Below are positions 20,540 to 32,161 of a stretch of DNA of 64,000 bases, one piece after another. Positions within the stretch are counted from its first letter, which is position 1; each line of letters starts with the position of its first letter. Made by a program: the position numbers and the translations under genes. The DNA is from Planctomycetota bacterium (GTDB taxonomy: Bacteria > JAJVIF01 > JAPKYR01): assembly GCA_030614715.1 (NCBI GenBank), contig JAUWTM010000004.1:2603-66602 (forward strand). Reading direction: 5' to 3'. The notes below the pieces were generated by a model. That model saw nothing but the letters and a program-made list of their open reading frames with translations. It had not been told where the DNA came from and searched no databases.

Positions 20540-20694
20540 TGTTAACTCCCCAGCTATATTTTATATTCCCATCCGGGATACTGCAAGTCGCTTTTACCTC
20601 ACCGATCCAGACTAAACTCTGGTGATTACCATAGACCTACGTGCCCCACCCATATAAAAATCCCCCAAAATCCCCCTTTTATCTTTGCCAATAC

Positions 20695-20723
20695 TTGACA
20701 AAATAGCAATATTGTGCTATGTT
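20695..20723 (+). promoter_or_regulatory. near-consensus sigma70-type promoter (TTGACA-N17-TATGTT)
   Basis: TTGACA at 20695..20700, a 17-nt spacer, and TATGTT at 20718..20723, about 48 nt upstream of the ATG at 20771. Confidence 0.4.
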
Positions 20724-20770
20724 TAACCTCGGAGGTTCTCTATTAACTCCTGCAGGACGTTCCCTCCATC

Positions 20771-21148
20771 ATGAATATTTGGCAATACCAGAGACGGATC
20801 CTGGCGCTTGATGATCAGTATGAGACACTCAAACGCCACCTGAGGCGCCTCCTTAAGCAGACCCGCTTCCACAGGGGTACGCTCAATAAGCTGGCAGTCA
20901 GGACACAGCTTGACACCATCAAGGCCCAAACCAGGGTCATAAAGGAAGAAGCCGCCTTCCTTGTCAGGCTGGGGCGGTTGTACGATCTCTCTAAGTTACA
21001 CACGGATCTTGCTGAAATACTCTCGCGCCGGGATCCCGATCTGTTTAAGGAAGTTCTTCTGGAAATAAACGCCAAATGGAAGGATGAAGCACCAAAACTT
21101 AGAAACAGAAACGAAAAGTTCCGCACAATCGGCCTTGACATGGACTAG
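20771..21148 (+). CDS. hypothetical helical protein
   Basis: 125 aa; ATG start; normal GC; follows the predicted promoter; no known domain. Confidence 0.45.
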   Translation: MNIWQYQRRILALDDQYETLKRHLRRLLKQTRFHRGTLNKLAVRTQLDTIKAQTRVIKEEAAFLVRLGRLYDLSKLHTDLAEILSRRDPDLFKEVLLEINAKWKDEAPKLRNRNEKFRTIGLDMD

Positions 21149-21174
21149 TTAGCGTATAACCGGTCAAGTCCATC

Positions 21175-21202
21175 AAAAAAAAGACAGGCCCGAAAGCCTG
21201 TC
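21175..21202 (-). terminator. rho-independent terminator after atpC
   Basis: Stem GACAGGC/GCCTGTC with loop CCGAAA, followed on the minus strand by an 8-nt U-run (plus-strand A-run 21175..21182). Confidence 0.6.
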
Positions 21203-21233
21203 CATCGCGAAAATCGCGTATCTGAAGTGACGT

Positions 21234-21674
21234 TTAATCCATTGATTTTGGCTTGATGTCGCAGATTTCGCACACCTTTATGCGGTTCAGGGCTCTCCTG
21301 TACGCCGCACGTGCGCGCTCGACATCGATATCCGGATCGGTGCCAGCCTCCGCAAGGTGCGCCTTCGCACGTTCAAGGGCAAGCTGCGCCCGGTCGATGT
21401 CGATACCCTCCGCTGCCTCCGCCGAGTCTGCGATAATTGTCGCTACGTTTTCCGATACCTCGAGGAACCCGTCGCTGATGGCAAGGTTATGTTCGTAGCA
21501 GTTTTCGTAGCGATACATCATCGTGCCGATGCCGATTGCCGTCATCAGCGGCGCGTGATTTGCGAGTATCCCGAGATACCCGTCTACACCCGGTAGCACG
21601 AGATATTCCGCATCGTCACTCGCGACCCATCCGGCGGGTGTGGCAAGCATCAGTTTGAAAATTTTTGTTGCCAT
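21234..21674 (-). CDS. atpC: F1 ATP synthase epsilon subunit
   Basis: 146 aa; N-terminal beta-sandwich and C-terminal helical hairpin typical of epsilon; last gene of the atp operon. Confidence 0.88.
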   Translation of the reverse strand: MATKIFKLMLATPAGWVASDDAEYLVLPGVDGYLGILANHAPLMTAIGIGTMMYRYENCYEHNLAISDGFLEVSENVATIIADSAEAAEGIDIDRAQLALERAKAHLAEAGTDPDIDVERARAAYRRALNRIKVCEICDIKPKSMD

Positions 21675-21701
21675 TTTTTTTCTTGGTCGATAGTTTTGCC
21701 C

Positions 21702-23390
<1,689 letters not shown>

Positions 23391-23402
23391 TTATCAAATC
23401 AG

Positions 23403-24305
23403 CTAACCACTAATTGCTTCCGCTCCGCCGACGATCTCACTGAGTTCCTTTGTGATGGCGGCCTGCCTGGCCTTGTTACGCTGGAGGGTTAGGGTCTTTA
23501 TCATGTCTCCTGCGTTATCTGTCGCGTTATGCATCGCGTTCATACGTCCGCCGTGCTCGCTTGCAAGGCTGTCGGCAAGCATCCGGAAAATAACCGTTCT
23601 CGCATACTTCGGTATCAGGATGGTGAACAACTTGCCCGGGTCGGGCTCGAAGATGTAATCGTGGGGTGTTTTCCCACGGTCCTCTTCCTCATCCGTGGTC
23701 GGCTCAAGTCCGACAATCGGGAGGAATTGACGTTTGACTATTTTATGAGATATTGCGCTCTTGAATTCCGTGTAAACAAGGTCTACCTGGTCGACATCTC
23801 CATCCAGGAAGGCGTCGGTGCAGATGTTTGTCATCTCCTGCAGCAGGCTGATTGGGAGATTCTCGTCGATTGCTGCATATTCCCGCGAATTTTTGTGCAG
23901 CTGCCAGTTACGCCTGTTGTAGAAGTCGAATAATTTCTTTCCAACCAGGAATAGCGTCACGTTCTGATTGGACTCCATTGCTTCTCTCGCATGTTGTCCG
24001 ACCGTGCGAATTATGTTCGAGTTAAAACTTCCGCAGAGACCCTTTGTGGATGCCACACCTATGATCCACAGGTTCCTGACCTCCTCGCGAGGCTCTAATA
24101 GGGGATGATGCACTATACCGGCCTGTATCGCAGTTGAGAGATGAGCGAGAATTTCATCCATCTTACCTGTATACGGCCGTCCGGCTTCGATACGCTGCTG
24201 CGCGCGTCGGAGCTTGGTGGCTGCCACCATCTCCATAGCCCGTGTGATCTGACGGATACCGTCGACGGACTTGATTCGGCGTTTTAAATCTCTGAGATTC
24301 GCCAT
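23403..24305 (-). CDS. atpG: F1 ATP synthase gamma subunit
   Basis: 300 aa; N-terminal MANLRDLKRRIKSV...ITRAMEMVAATKLRRAQ. Confidence 0.9.
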   Translation of the reverse strand: MANLRDLKRRIKSVDGIRQITRAMEMVAATKLRRAQQRIEAGRPYTGKMDEILAHLSTAIQAGIVHHPLLEPREEVRNLWIIGVASTKGLCGSFNSNIIRTVGQHAREAMESNQNVTLFLVGKKLFDFYNRRNWQLHKNSREYAAIDENLPISLLQEMTNICTDAFLDGDVDQVDLVYTEFKSAISHKIVKRQFLPIVGLEPTTDEEEDRGKTPHDYIFEPDPGKLFTILIPKYARTVIFRMLADSLASEHGGRMNAMHNATDNAGDMIKTLTLQRNKARQAAITKELSEIVGGAEAISG

Positions 24306-24319
24306 AATTTATCAGCCGG

Positions 24320-26647
24320 TCACTCTGCATCCTCTTCGGGAAGCGGTACGCGTCCACGAACCTCGTGGGCTTCTGCTGACTCCGCTTCCTCGGCGATGTC
24401 CTGTAACCGTTCTTCACGTGTCTGGGGATCGATCGGACTGAAGTCCTTCTCTCCCGTGTATAAAATTCCATTCTGTGCATAGACCATACGCGCCGCCATG
24501 CGTCGCTCACCCTGTGAGTTCTGGCCGTTGACGAAGAACGTCATGACAAGGCGGTCACGTGCGTCGAGTGGATCGTAATTACTGTATGAGTTTGATATCT
24601 GGCTCAGGTCGATTGAATAAACGAATCGGCCATCGTCCAGTTCGCGTTCGGTCTGCTCGATCACCGCTCCGTTGAAAGTCGCAGAGACGTGTACCGTGCC
24701 GGTCAGGATATCCGGCTCTGTCAGGTCGCCCGATAGAACGAGCAGGTCCGAGGTGGTGTCGATCGGTGACTGGAACGGCAGGTGGAACTCGATTGGACTG
24801 TCGTTACCGGGATTGATTACGTAGAACTCCCACGGATCTTCAAATCCGACCCCGAGAATTCCCCCGGTTTCTGCACCCTGAATCAGGGTCGAAGTTACGG
24901 TCCATACTCCCTGCCTGTCGAGTTCGAACCTCTCCCCCATGTCACACGCGTAACCCGAGTTACCGGTGACAATATTCACCGTGAGTGTGTCACCGCCGGG
25001 AGGAGTAACCTTGAACTCGACCGTGGACTGTGGAGGCAGGGGCAGGAAATATGCGCCAGCTGTGAACGAATCACCCTCGCCAACGATGGATCCGGGACGT
25101 ACTGCAAGGTTATGGAGCAGCAGGTTGCGAACTCCCCAGCCGTCGCTGACAAGGCCGTCACCAGCCCGGTGGGCTCGCATTGTTGGAACTGAATCGCTCA
25201 GAACAATGCCGGATGAGTAATAACCATACCTTGTACTGTTGGCGGTGACGTCGCGATAGACCATTGACGACCAGAAGTGATAGATGTCACCTGCAGCATC
25301 GACAGCCAGTTCCGACGGGTTCCATGGGTAATTGGGGAAGGGCAGGTGAGTGTACGGTGATCCTTCCGTGATTTTTACCTGGTGGTATGAATCTGCACGT
25401 GCAGCGATCGAACAAATGTATCCGCGACGGTCTATATCTTCGCTGTAAGCGAATGGGAATAAACCCGTTGAGCTTGCGAAGGCCGGTGCCACAAACGTGC
25501 CGGTGGCTCCGCTATCGATTTCCTGCAGAGCTGCGTCATCTGTCCGGAATCCGATCTGATCGCCAACGAAGAATCCAACCGGGAACGTGTAGTAGGTCGG
25601 CAGGTTCGCAGTAGTGTTGACAGGCAGTATGACTGTATCACCGGTATCCGATGGTGCCGGGACGTACCGTGCATCGGATGTGATCGAAAAAGAACCGGCC
25701 GCTGGTGGACGGCTTGCCATCACGATTGGATCGTCCGGCAGGACAATTCCTGTGAGTACCTTCTCACCCATCCAGAGAGTGCCGTCCTGCTCGCGATAAG
25801 TCGCCTGGAAGGTGACCTTGTACTCTCCCGGCTGTCCGAACTGCACCTGCGTTGCCCTCGCGAACCTGTCACGACCCGCAAGGATTGGAGGTGTGTAGTA
25901 ACCCCACCTGTTAGCCCTGACATCGAATGACTCTATCGTCGGTGCAAGTTGGGATTGTTCGTCCAGCTCCCAGGTGATTTTTACATCGGCGGGAACCGGT
26001 GGATAAAGCTGGAAACCGGGATCGAAGTACTCATTCTTGGTGTACGGTGTACCCGGCAGGACATTTGTGTCTATTGTGATCGGCTGGGCGACGTAAATAT
26101 CGTAAACGCCCCCGCCGACATATGTCTGGTTGGATGTATCCTTGATCCAGCCTGTAAGCTCGATCCTGTGAAGACCGTAGGATGAAAAACTGTACGCAAA
26201 CCGGTCCTGGAGAGTTGTAGCACCGATCCCCCTCGGTCCGCTGAACGGTGCACCGCCAAGATCGACAATAGTGCCGTCAGGATTTTCAATCCGGACATCA
26301 ATCGTGCCGGAGTTATAGTCAAGATCGATCGATGATCCCGATGCACGCATGAACGGATTCCAGATCATCGGAAAATCAGGTTCAAGCAGGTACCTGATCT
26401 GTCCTCCGCTGGGTGAATTCATTGGCAGTACCGGGGTATTTGCGTAACCGAGACCCCGGGAGATGCCCAGGTGTCCCTTGTCCTCTACCGCGACTACTCC
26501 ACCGGTTGGGATGCTCGATGAGAACAATGTCCAGATCATTTTCGGCTGATTCGTGGTGCCGATTGCCAGTGGAGCTGTTATCGCGTATGTCTGCTGGTCC
26601 TCGGTGACATTGGGTGAGCCGGGATCGACACCCCAGAGAGTCACCAC
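24320..26647 (-). CDS. large beta-rich hypothetical protein (775 aa) encoded inside the atp operon between atpA and atpG
   Basis: Uninterrupted 775-codon ORF (GTG start); no signal peptide; no recognisable catalytic motif; ends 14 nt before the atpG start. Confidence 0.55.
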   Translation of the reverse strand: MVTLWGVDPGSPNVTEDQQTYAITAPLAIGTTNQPKMIWTLFSSSIPTGGVVAVEDKGHLGISRGLGYANTPVLPMNSPSGGQIRYLLEPDFPMIWNPFMRASGSSIDLDYNSGTIDVRIENPDGTIVDLGGAPFSGPRGIGATTLQDRFAYSFSSYGLHRIELTGWIKDTSNQTYVGGGVYDIYVAQPITIDTNVLPGTPYTKNEYFDPGFQLYPPVPADVKITWELDEQSQLAPTIESFDVRANRWGYYTPPILAGRDRFARATQVQFGQPGEYKVTFQATYREQDGTLWMGEKVLTGIVLPDDPIVMASRPPAAGSFSITSDARYVPAPSDTGDTVILPVNTTANLPTYYTFPVGFFVGDQIGFRTDDAALQEIDSGATGTFVAPAFASSTGLFPFAYSEDIDRRGYICSIAARADSYHQVKITEGSPYTHLPFPNYPWNPSELAVDAAGDIYHFWSSMVYRDVTANSTRYGYYSSGIVLSDSVPTMRAHRAGDGLVSDGWGVRNLLLHNLAVRPGSIVGEGDSFTAGAYFLPLPPQSTVEFKVTPPGGDTLTVNIVTGNSGYACDMGERFELDRQGVWTVTSTLIQGAETGGILGVGFEDPWEFYVINPGNDSPIEFHLPFQSPIDTTSDLLVLSGDLTEPDILTGTVHVSATFNGAVIEQTERELDDGRFVYSIDLSQISNSYSNYDPLDARDRLVMTFFVNGQNSQGERRMAARMVYAQNGILYTGEKDFSPIDPQTREERLQDIAEEAESAEAHEVRGRVPLPEEDAE

Positions 26648-26790
26648 GTCGGTCTCTGTGATCTGAAGTCCAAGATCAATGCGCAGCTGGTACCAGCCCG
26701 GAGGTATCTCCCGATCGAGCTGGATTCCGTGGACGATTGTTCCGCTGATCGTGCCGGCGTGAGTGTCTACATCCAGTTCCGCCGATGGTG

Positions 26791-27219
26791 TCAGCTGGTA
26801 CGAGTCGATGGGGTGGTGGAAGTCACCGCCGAACCGGTCGGTGGCAGACCGTACGATTCCCCCTCGATCGGCAGGCCGACACCGTTCAGGATGGTGCTCG
26901 CCATTGCATGAGATCCGCCTATGGTGTCACCGTTACCATCAAACATCCGCTGGCCGGTAACGAGGGTGTATATTCCGTTTACACGGCTGATATTGTGAGC
27001 CAGGCCAATAGAGTTCACCGTGAACTCAACCGCGATTGTTAGACCGTCACCTGGAGTGAATTCTCGTCCCGAGGCGGTTACCCGCATTTCCCACGATCCG
27101 CCTTCGGTGACAAGCCCGGAGAAGTTCCAGTAAACCTGGCCTGTTATATCCTGGGCCGCGGCACCCGGACCCAGAAGTAGAAGTGTTAAAACCACGATGG
27201 CAGTTAATCTTGGTTTCAT
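26791..27219 (-). CDS. small secreted hypothetical protein (142 aa) inside the atp operon
   Basis: Clear signal peptide (MKPRLTAIVVLTLLLLGPGAAAQ); starts 77 nt after the atpA stop. It cannot be joined to the downstream 775-aa ORF by one frameshift, because both frames are closed across 26768..26793. Confidence 0.45.
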   Translation of the reverse strand: MKPRLTAIVVLTLLLLGPGAAAQDITGQVYWNFSGLVTEGGSWEMRVTASGREFTPGDGLTIAVEFTVNSIGLAHNISRVNGIYTLVTGQRMFDGNGDTIGGSHAMASTILNGVGLPIEGESYGLPPTGSAVTSTTPSTRTS

Positions 27220-27295
27220 GATCTCATCGTCCCCTCATTCAGTTCTACCAACGGTCTGCGAGCCACCCCAGCCTGCAGACCGGTACATCGATCGC

Positions 27296-28900
27296 TTATT
27301 CTGTATCCTTCGTTTCCTTCATCTTGTCTTCTGCACCCTCATCTTCGGTGGGAGCAGTGATCTCGCCAGCCTTGAATGCAGGTGTGAATGCCTCAAGCGC
27401 CTTCGTGAGCAGCTGGTCCGTTTCATCGTCCATTGCCTGTGTAGTTTTCAATGTATGGAGTACCTGCGGGTACTCGGCCTTCAGCCAGGGAATGAATGTA
27501 TGCTCGAATTTGTCTATATCAGATAGTTCGACCTCGTCAAGGAAGCCTCGGACAGCGGCAAATATGATCGCGACCTGCTCCTCGACCGGCATCGGTACGT
27601 ACTGCGGTTGTTTCAGGACCTCTGTCAGACGTTCACCGCGCCTCAGGCGCTGTAGGGTCGCTTTATCGAGATCGCTTCCGAATTGTGCGAAACTGGCAAG
27701 CTCGCGGAACTGTGCAAGGTCGATTCGAAGGCGTCCCGCGACATCCTTCATCATTTTTGTCTGTGCTTTTCCACCGACACGGCTGACTGACAGTCCAACG
27801 TTGATAGCAGGACGGATACCGGCGTAGAAAAGGTCGCTTTCAAGATAGATCTGACCGTCGGTGATGCTGATTACGTTGGTCGGGATGTATGCCGACACGT
27901 CACCGGCCTGCGTCTCGATGATTGGCACGGCTGTCAGGCTGCCTCCGCCGAGTTCATCATTGAATTTCAACGCCCTTTCTAACAGCCTTGAATGAAGGTA
28001 GAAGACGTCGCCGGGGTACGCCTCACGTCCCGGAGGTCGCCTGATCAGCAGTGACAGCTCGCGATACGCGACCGCGTGCTTGGAAAGGTCGTCGTAGAAT
28101 ATAGCGGCGTGCTGACCGTTCTCGGCGAAGTACTCACCCATTGCACATCCCGCGTACGGAGCGATAAACTGCATCGGTGCCGGATCGCTTGCCGTCGCTG
28201 AGACCACGGTGGTATATGCCATTGCTCCGAAATTCTCAAGGGTCTGAATCACATTGGCCACAGTCGACTGCTTCTGCCCGATTGCTACATAAATGCATTG
28301 GACCGGAGGATCGGCGTCACGCTGGTTAATGATCGTATCCACCAGCAAGGCAGTTTTTCCGGTCTGGCGGTCTCCAATGACAAGCTCCCTCTGACCTCGA
28401 CCGATCGGGATCATGCTGTCGATCGATTTCAGGCCCGTCTGAAGCGGTTCCTTTACCGGCTGACGTTTGACAACGCCGGGTGCGATCCTCTCGATTGGCC
28501 GGGTCTCGGTGAACGAGATCGGACCCTTTCCGTCGAGCGGCTGTCCTACTGCGTTCACGACACGTCCGATTACCGCTGTGCCGACCGGCACCTCTGCAAT
28601 TCGTGCCGTCCGCTTGACCGAGTCTCCCTCCCTGATGTGTCCGCTGGGTGATAAAAGCGCCGACGCTACGTTGTCTTCCTCAAGGTTGAGAACGACTCCG
28701 TAGACGGCGTCACCCGACGGGAGCGGGGGGAATTCGAGAAGCTCACCCATCATCGCTTCATGGAGCCCGTAGATACGTGCAATGCCGTCCCCGATCTGGA
28801 GGATAGTGCCCTCGGATTCCAGCTTCAACGGCTGTGTGAAGCTCTGAAGTTGAGTCTGTATTACGGAAGCAACCTCTTCTGGTCTGAGTGATGAAGTCAC
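27296..28900 (-). CDS. atpA: F1 ATP synthase alpha subunit
   Basis: 534 aa; Walker A GDRQTGKT; conserved alpha-subunit blocks throughout; short acidic C-terminal tail. Confidence 0.95.
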   Translation of the reverse strand: MTSSLRPEEVASVIQTQLQSFTQPLKLESEGTILQIGDGIARIYGLHEAMMGELLEFPPLPSGDAVYGVVLNLEEDNVASALLSPSGHIREGDSVKRTARIAEVPVGTAVIGRVVNAVGQPLDGKGPISFTETRPIERIAPGVVKRQPVKEPLQTGLKSIDSMIPIGRGQRELVIGDRQTGKTALLVDTIINQRDADPPVQCIYVAIGQKQSTVANVIQTLENFGAMAYTTVVSATASDPAPMQFIAPYAGCAMGEYFAENGQHAAIFYDDLSKHAVAYRELSLLIRRPPGREAYPGDVFYLHSRLLERALKFNDELGGGSLTAVPIIETQAGDVSAYIPTNVISITDGQIYLESDLFYAGIRPAINVGLSVSRVGGKAQTKMMKDVAGRLRIDLAQFRELASFAQFGSDLDKATLQRLRRGERLTEVLKQPQYVPMPVEEQVAIIFAAVRGFLDEVELSDIDKFEHTFIPWLKAEYPQVLHTLKTTQAMDDETDQLLTKALEAFTPAFKAGEITAPTEDEGAEDKMKETKDTE

Positions 28901-28970
28901 GGTCGATCAGATCCTTCCGTGTCATGGGACTAAGTAATCATGCAGCGAATGTCCCATGACCGTTTATTGA

Positions 28971-29828
28971 TTATTCAGCCGAAGCAAGCACGAAATTAAG
29001 CGCGGTACCCTGAGGTAAGTTCTGCAGGTCCGGGTGTGCGAGCATTGCTCCGGCAGATGCCACGGCTGCGGTGTGGTCGATATAGTATTTCCGATCGGAA
29101 TCGTAACAGGCGATCCGACCGTTCTCGTATCTCAGGACAACGGTCTGTGTAAGGTCCCAGTCGACCCACACAAGCCTCGTGTCGTCCCATTGCATGGTGT
29201 CTGACGTACTGGCGTATTGAAAATTGTTCCAGTCGCGGTACTCCTCGGGAACCGAGGGAGCGTCCGCCTGGTACGGCACTGTCATCAGCACCGGACCCTG
29301 GATCAGTTTGAAGTACAGGCGTTGAAGAAGGCGCTCGAGATATTCCTCCTGGTCGTATCTTACAGCGATCAGTCCGGGACTGTGCACGCTGACCTCACTC
29401 GGTGTGAGCTCGAACGGCTTTAACTCAATGGGTTCGGGTATGGCGTCACTGTATTGCTCTAATAGGGCATTGAGGACGTCGACCGCGAACGGTGCAAACC
29501 TGTAGTAGCCGTCTGAGTGCTCCTCGACCAGCCTGCGCTGAAGTTCGAGCTGCTCGGGTGACGCATGTCCGTCGAAAATCTGCCCGAGAGCACGGTTCAA
29601 CGCTGCGGCGGCACCTAAGGACGGGTCGAACTCACCGAATGGGTCGGATGTTGTCCAGGATGTCTCTACGACATAGCCGGAATCTGCAACCGCGGTCACA
29701 TCGTCTGAACCTGCAATGAGATCAATGGGTTCATCGGCGGATGCGATTCCGCAAAAGATGAATGTAATCAGGATTGTCAGAAGTATCTTACGTGTCATAG
29801 TTTCCGTTCCAATAATTTTGTATTCCAT
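28971..29828 (-). CDS. secreted hypothetical protein encoded between atpH and atpA
   Basis: 285 aa; signal peptide (MTRKILLTILITFIFCGIASA, probably initiating at the internal M around 29798); no known domain. Confidence 0.5.
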   Translation of the reverse strand: MEYKIIGTETMTRKILLTILITFIFCGIASADEPIDLIAGSDDVTAVADSGYVVETSWTTSDPFGEFDPSLGAAAALNRALGQIFDGHASPEQLELQRRLVEEHSDGYYRFAPFAVDVLNALLEQYSDAIPEPIELKPFELTPSEVSVHSPGLIAVRYDQEEYLERLLQRLYFKLIQGPVLMTVPYQADAPSVPEEYRDWNNFQYASTSDTMQWDDTRLVWVDWDLTQTVVLRYENGRIACYDSDRKYYIDHTAAVASAGAMLAHPDLQNLPQGTALNFVLASAE

Positions 29829-29834
29829 CCCACC

Positions 29835-30413
29835 TCAAATATCTGTATTCCTGTCAGGTACAAACTTTGGAAGCCTTGCAGCCAGCATTGTACGTCTGAG
29901 TTCCCTGAACCTGTGACGCAGGCTGCCGTCGATAACCTTGTCACCCATCCTGATCTGTACTCCGCCGATGATCGACGGATCGATCCTGAGGGCTACCTCG
30001 ACCTCCCTGGTGCTGAATCTCTGGATGGCGTCAACCAGACGCTTCTCAAGGTCCGGTGGCATGGGGATCGCAACGGTAATTTCCGCGTGTTCGACACCCC
30101 TTACCGCGTCGGTATGCTCTGTGTAACGCTCGGCAATATCCGGGATTATGTCCTGACGTCGCTTTTCAATGAGCAGTGACAGGAGTTTCATCATCACGGG
30201 ACTGAGTTTGTCAGACAGGGCAGCATCAAGGACCTTGATTTTCATCTGGGGAGGTATCTTGGGATTCTGGAGAAAACTTCGTGTCTCAGCCGACGCTTCC
30301 CATGTCCTGTGCATAAGGACGATCTCGTCCTTAACGCGCTCGATAGTCGCGAGATCGGGGCAGCTGTTAAGCAGCGCCCTGGCATAACGATCTGCTACGA
30401 CGTTAGCGAACAT
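29835..30413 (-). CDS. atpH: F1 ATP synthase delta subunit (OSCP)
   Basis: 192 aa; N-terminal VADRYARALL typical of delta/OSCP; overlaps the atpF stop. Confidence 0.8.
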   Translation of the reverse strand: MFANVVADRYARALLNSCPDLATIERVKDEIVLMHRTWEASAETRSFLQNPKIPPQMKIKVLDAALSDKLSPVMMKLLSLLIEKRRQDIIPDIAERYTEHTDAVRGVEHAEITVAIPMPPDLEKRLVDAIQRFSTREVEVALRIDPSIIGGVQIRMGDKVIDGSLRHRFRELRRTMLAARLPKFVPDRNTDI

Positions 30414-30906
30414 GCGTCAGTTCCTCCACGAATCGCTCGACAAGCCTCTTGTGCTTTTCCTCGTCCAGGACTTCCATGGCGGCCTGCTGGCCTGCCTTGA
30501 CGCCTACATCGATCACGAAATCCTTGAGTTCGAGACGGGCGTCCTCGAGAATCCTGTCGGTGTCTGCCCTGGCCTTGGCGAGAATCCCCTGTGCTCTTGC
30601 CCTGGATTCATCCTCGATCTGACGGGCAGCGTCCTGCCCCTCCTTGATCGCTTCCTGGATCTTCCTTGTAGCTTCCTCGTTGATCCGGTCGAGATGGCCT
30701 TCGTACTCGGCTTTCAGTTTGTCGAGGTCGGCCTTCTCTTCCTCGATCTTCCTGAAGTTACCGGCGATCTCCTCGCGACGCTGGTCCATGAAGTCGAGAA
30801 TGGGATTCCATGCGAACTTCCGCATCAGCCAGAGAAAGATCGCGAAACCAATAAAATTGGTTAAGATCTGGTTCCCATCAATGCCAAGGGCTTCTAGTGC
30901 TTCCAT
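30403..30906 (-). CDS. atpF: Fo ATP synthase subunit b
   Basis: 167 aa; single N-terminal TM helix followed by a long charged coiled coil. Confidence 0.85.
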   Translation of the reverse strand: MEALEALGIDGNQILTNFIGFAIFLWLMRKFAWNPILDFMDQRREEIAGNFRKIEEEKADLDKLKAEYEGHLDRINEEATRKIQEAIKEGQDAARQIEDESRARAQGILAKARADTDRILEDARLELKDFVIDVGVKAGQQAAMEVLDEEKHKRLVERFVEELTHVR

Positions 30907-30952
30907 ACGTTTCGCCCTCCATTCAAAGGGTAAGTCGGGAGGTTAATAATCG

Positions 30953-31225
30953 TTAGCCTCCTGATCCGACTACCTTGGCAGCCTCGATTGTTGCATTAAG
31001 GGCTCCCTGGCCCGCGAAAAATACTACGAGAGCGTAGATCGTTAGAGCCTCGATAAGGGCGCATCCGATTACAAAGGGCACGAACAGCTTTCCGGCAGCT
31101 TCCGGCTGCCGTCCGATTGCATTCATCGCACCTTCGACAGCCTTACCCAGTCCGAGTCCGCTGCCCAGTGCAGCCAGACCCAGTGCCATGGGTAGTGCAA
31201 AGCCGATTCCGAAACTGAGGTCCAT
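30953..31225 (-). CDS. atpE: Fo ATP synthase subunit c
   Basis: 90 aa; two-TM hairpin with a GRQPE loop and a conserved carboxylate (IEAL). Confidence 0.9.
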   Translation of the reverse strand: MDLSFGIGFALPMALGLAALGSGLGLGKAVEGAMNAIGRQPEAAGKLFVPFVIGCALIEALTIYALVVFFAGQGALNATIEAAKVVGSGG

Positions 31226-31301
31226 TGTTGATCCTCCTTGAGGTTATGTCTTTCATAGTTCTGTTTACTGATATTAGAGCCGGCAAAGCCGGATAATTCC
31301 T

Positions 31302-31943
31302 TTAATGCTCCTCCTCATGAGGACTCATCAGGAGAAGGTAAACGGTTGAGAGCAATGCGAAAACAAGTGCCTGGATGAAACTGCCCAGTAGTGCTATCGG
31401 ATACACCGCCACTTGCGTAGGCAGGAACCAGACTGGTGTGGCTGCAAGTAACATGACAAACACCGCGATCAGGACATCTTCACCGGTGATATTGCCGAAA
31501 AGACGCAGCGACAGGCTGACGGGCTTGGCAAGTTCGCCTATCAGGTGCAGTAAGAACATCAGGGGAGCCATAATAATCTGAGCCTTGTGAGGGTTCTTTT
31601 CAGGAACGTCGCAGAAGTGCAGGAAATAGCCCTTTAAGCCGAGGCTCTTCATTCCATGGTACTGAACCGTCAGGAACACGAACAAAGCCAGTGACAATGT
31701 AATGTTCAGACTGCTTGACGGTGAATGTCCGATGAACGGCACGAGCCCGAACAGGTTCATGAAGAGTATGTATATGAACAGCGTGCCTACCAGCGGCACG
31801 TATTTCCGTCCCTGTGGACCGAGAACGTCCTGCACAAAGCTGTCCAGTCCGCCGAAGATAAGCTCCACGAAGTTCTGGCGGCGTCCGGGGTGTTTTTTCA
31901 TACTTCGGGCAACTATCGCGAAAAATGAGATGATTATGATCAT
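31302..31943 (-). CDS. atpB: Fo ATP synthase subunit a
   Basis: Matches a-subunit C-terminal blocks (KPVSLSLRLFGNITGED; QALVFALLSTVYLLLMSP). Start uncertain: the frame stays open about 230 nt upstream without an ATG, GTG or TTG. Confidence 0.85.
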   Translation of the reverse strand: MIIIISFFAIVARSMKKHPGRRQNFVELIFGGLDSFVQDVLGPQGRKYVPLVGTLFIYILFMNLFGLVPFIGHSPSSSLNITLSLALFVFLTVQYHGMKSLGLKGYFLHFCDVPEKNPHKAQIIMAPLMFLLHLIGELAKPVSLSLRLFGNITGEDVLIAVFVMLLAATPVWFLPTQVAVYPIALLGSFIQALVFALLSTVYLLLMSPHEEEH

Positions 31944-32161
31944 TATCGCGAAGCTGTAAATAACATTAACATTCGTGGTGATCAGGTCCGACCAGTATTC
32001 GTTTGGAATCCTGTCCCCGATCCATGCGACGATGTTTTGAAGATGCGGTAAGCCTTCATGGCCGCCGTTCTCTGCAGCATGCTCCGCACCATGTTCAACG
32101 ACTTCTTCAGCAGCATGCTCTACCGCTTCGTTACCATGCTGGAATATCAGGTGAAGGAGAG

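Noticed and set aside
24320-27219. Possibility that the 142-aa signal-peptide ORF and the 775-aa ORF are one frameshifted secreted gene
   Set aside because: The 142-aa frame stops at 26791..26793 and the 775-aa frame has an upstream stop at 26768..26770, so no single frameshift can join them; they are treated as two genes.
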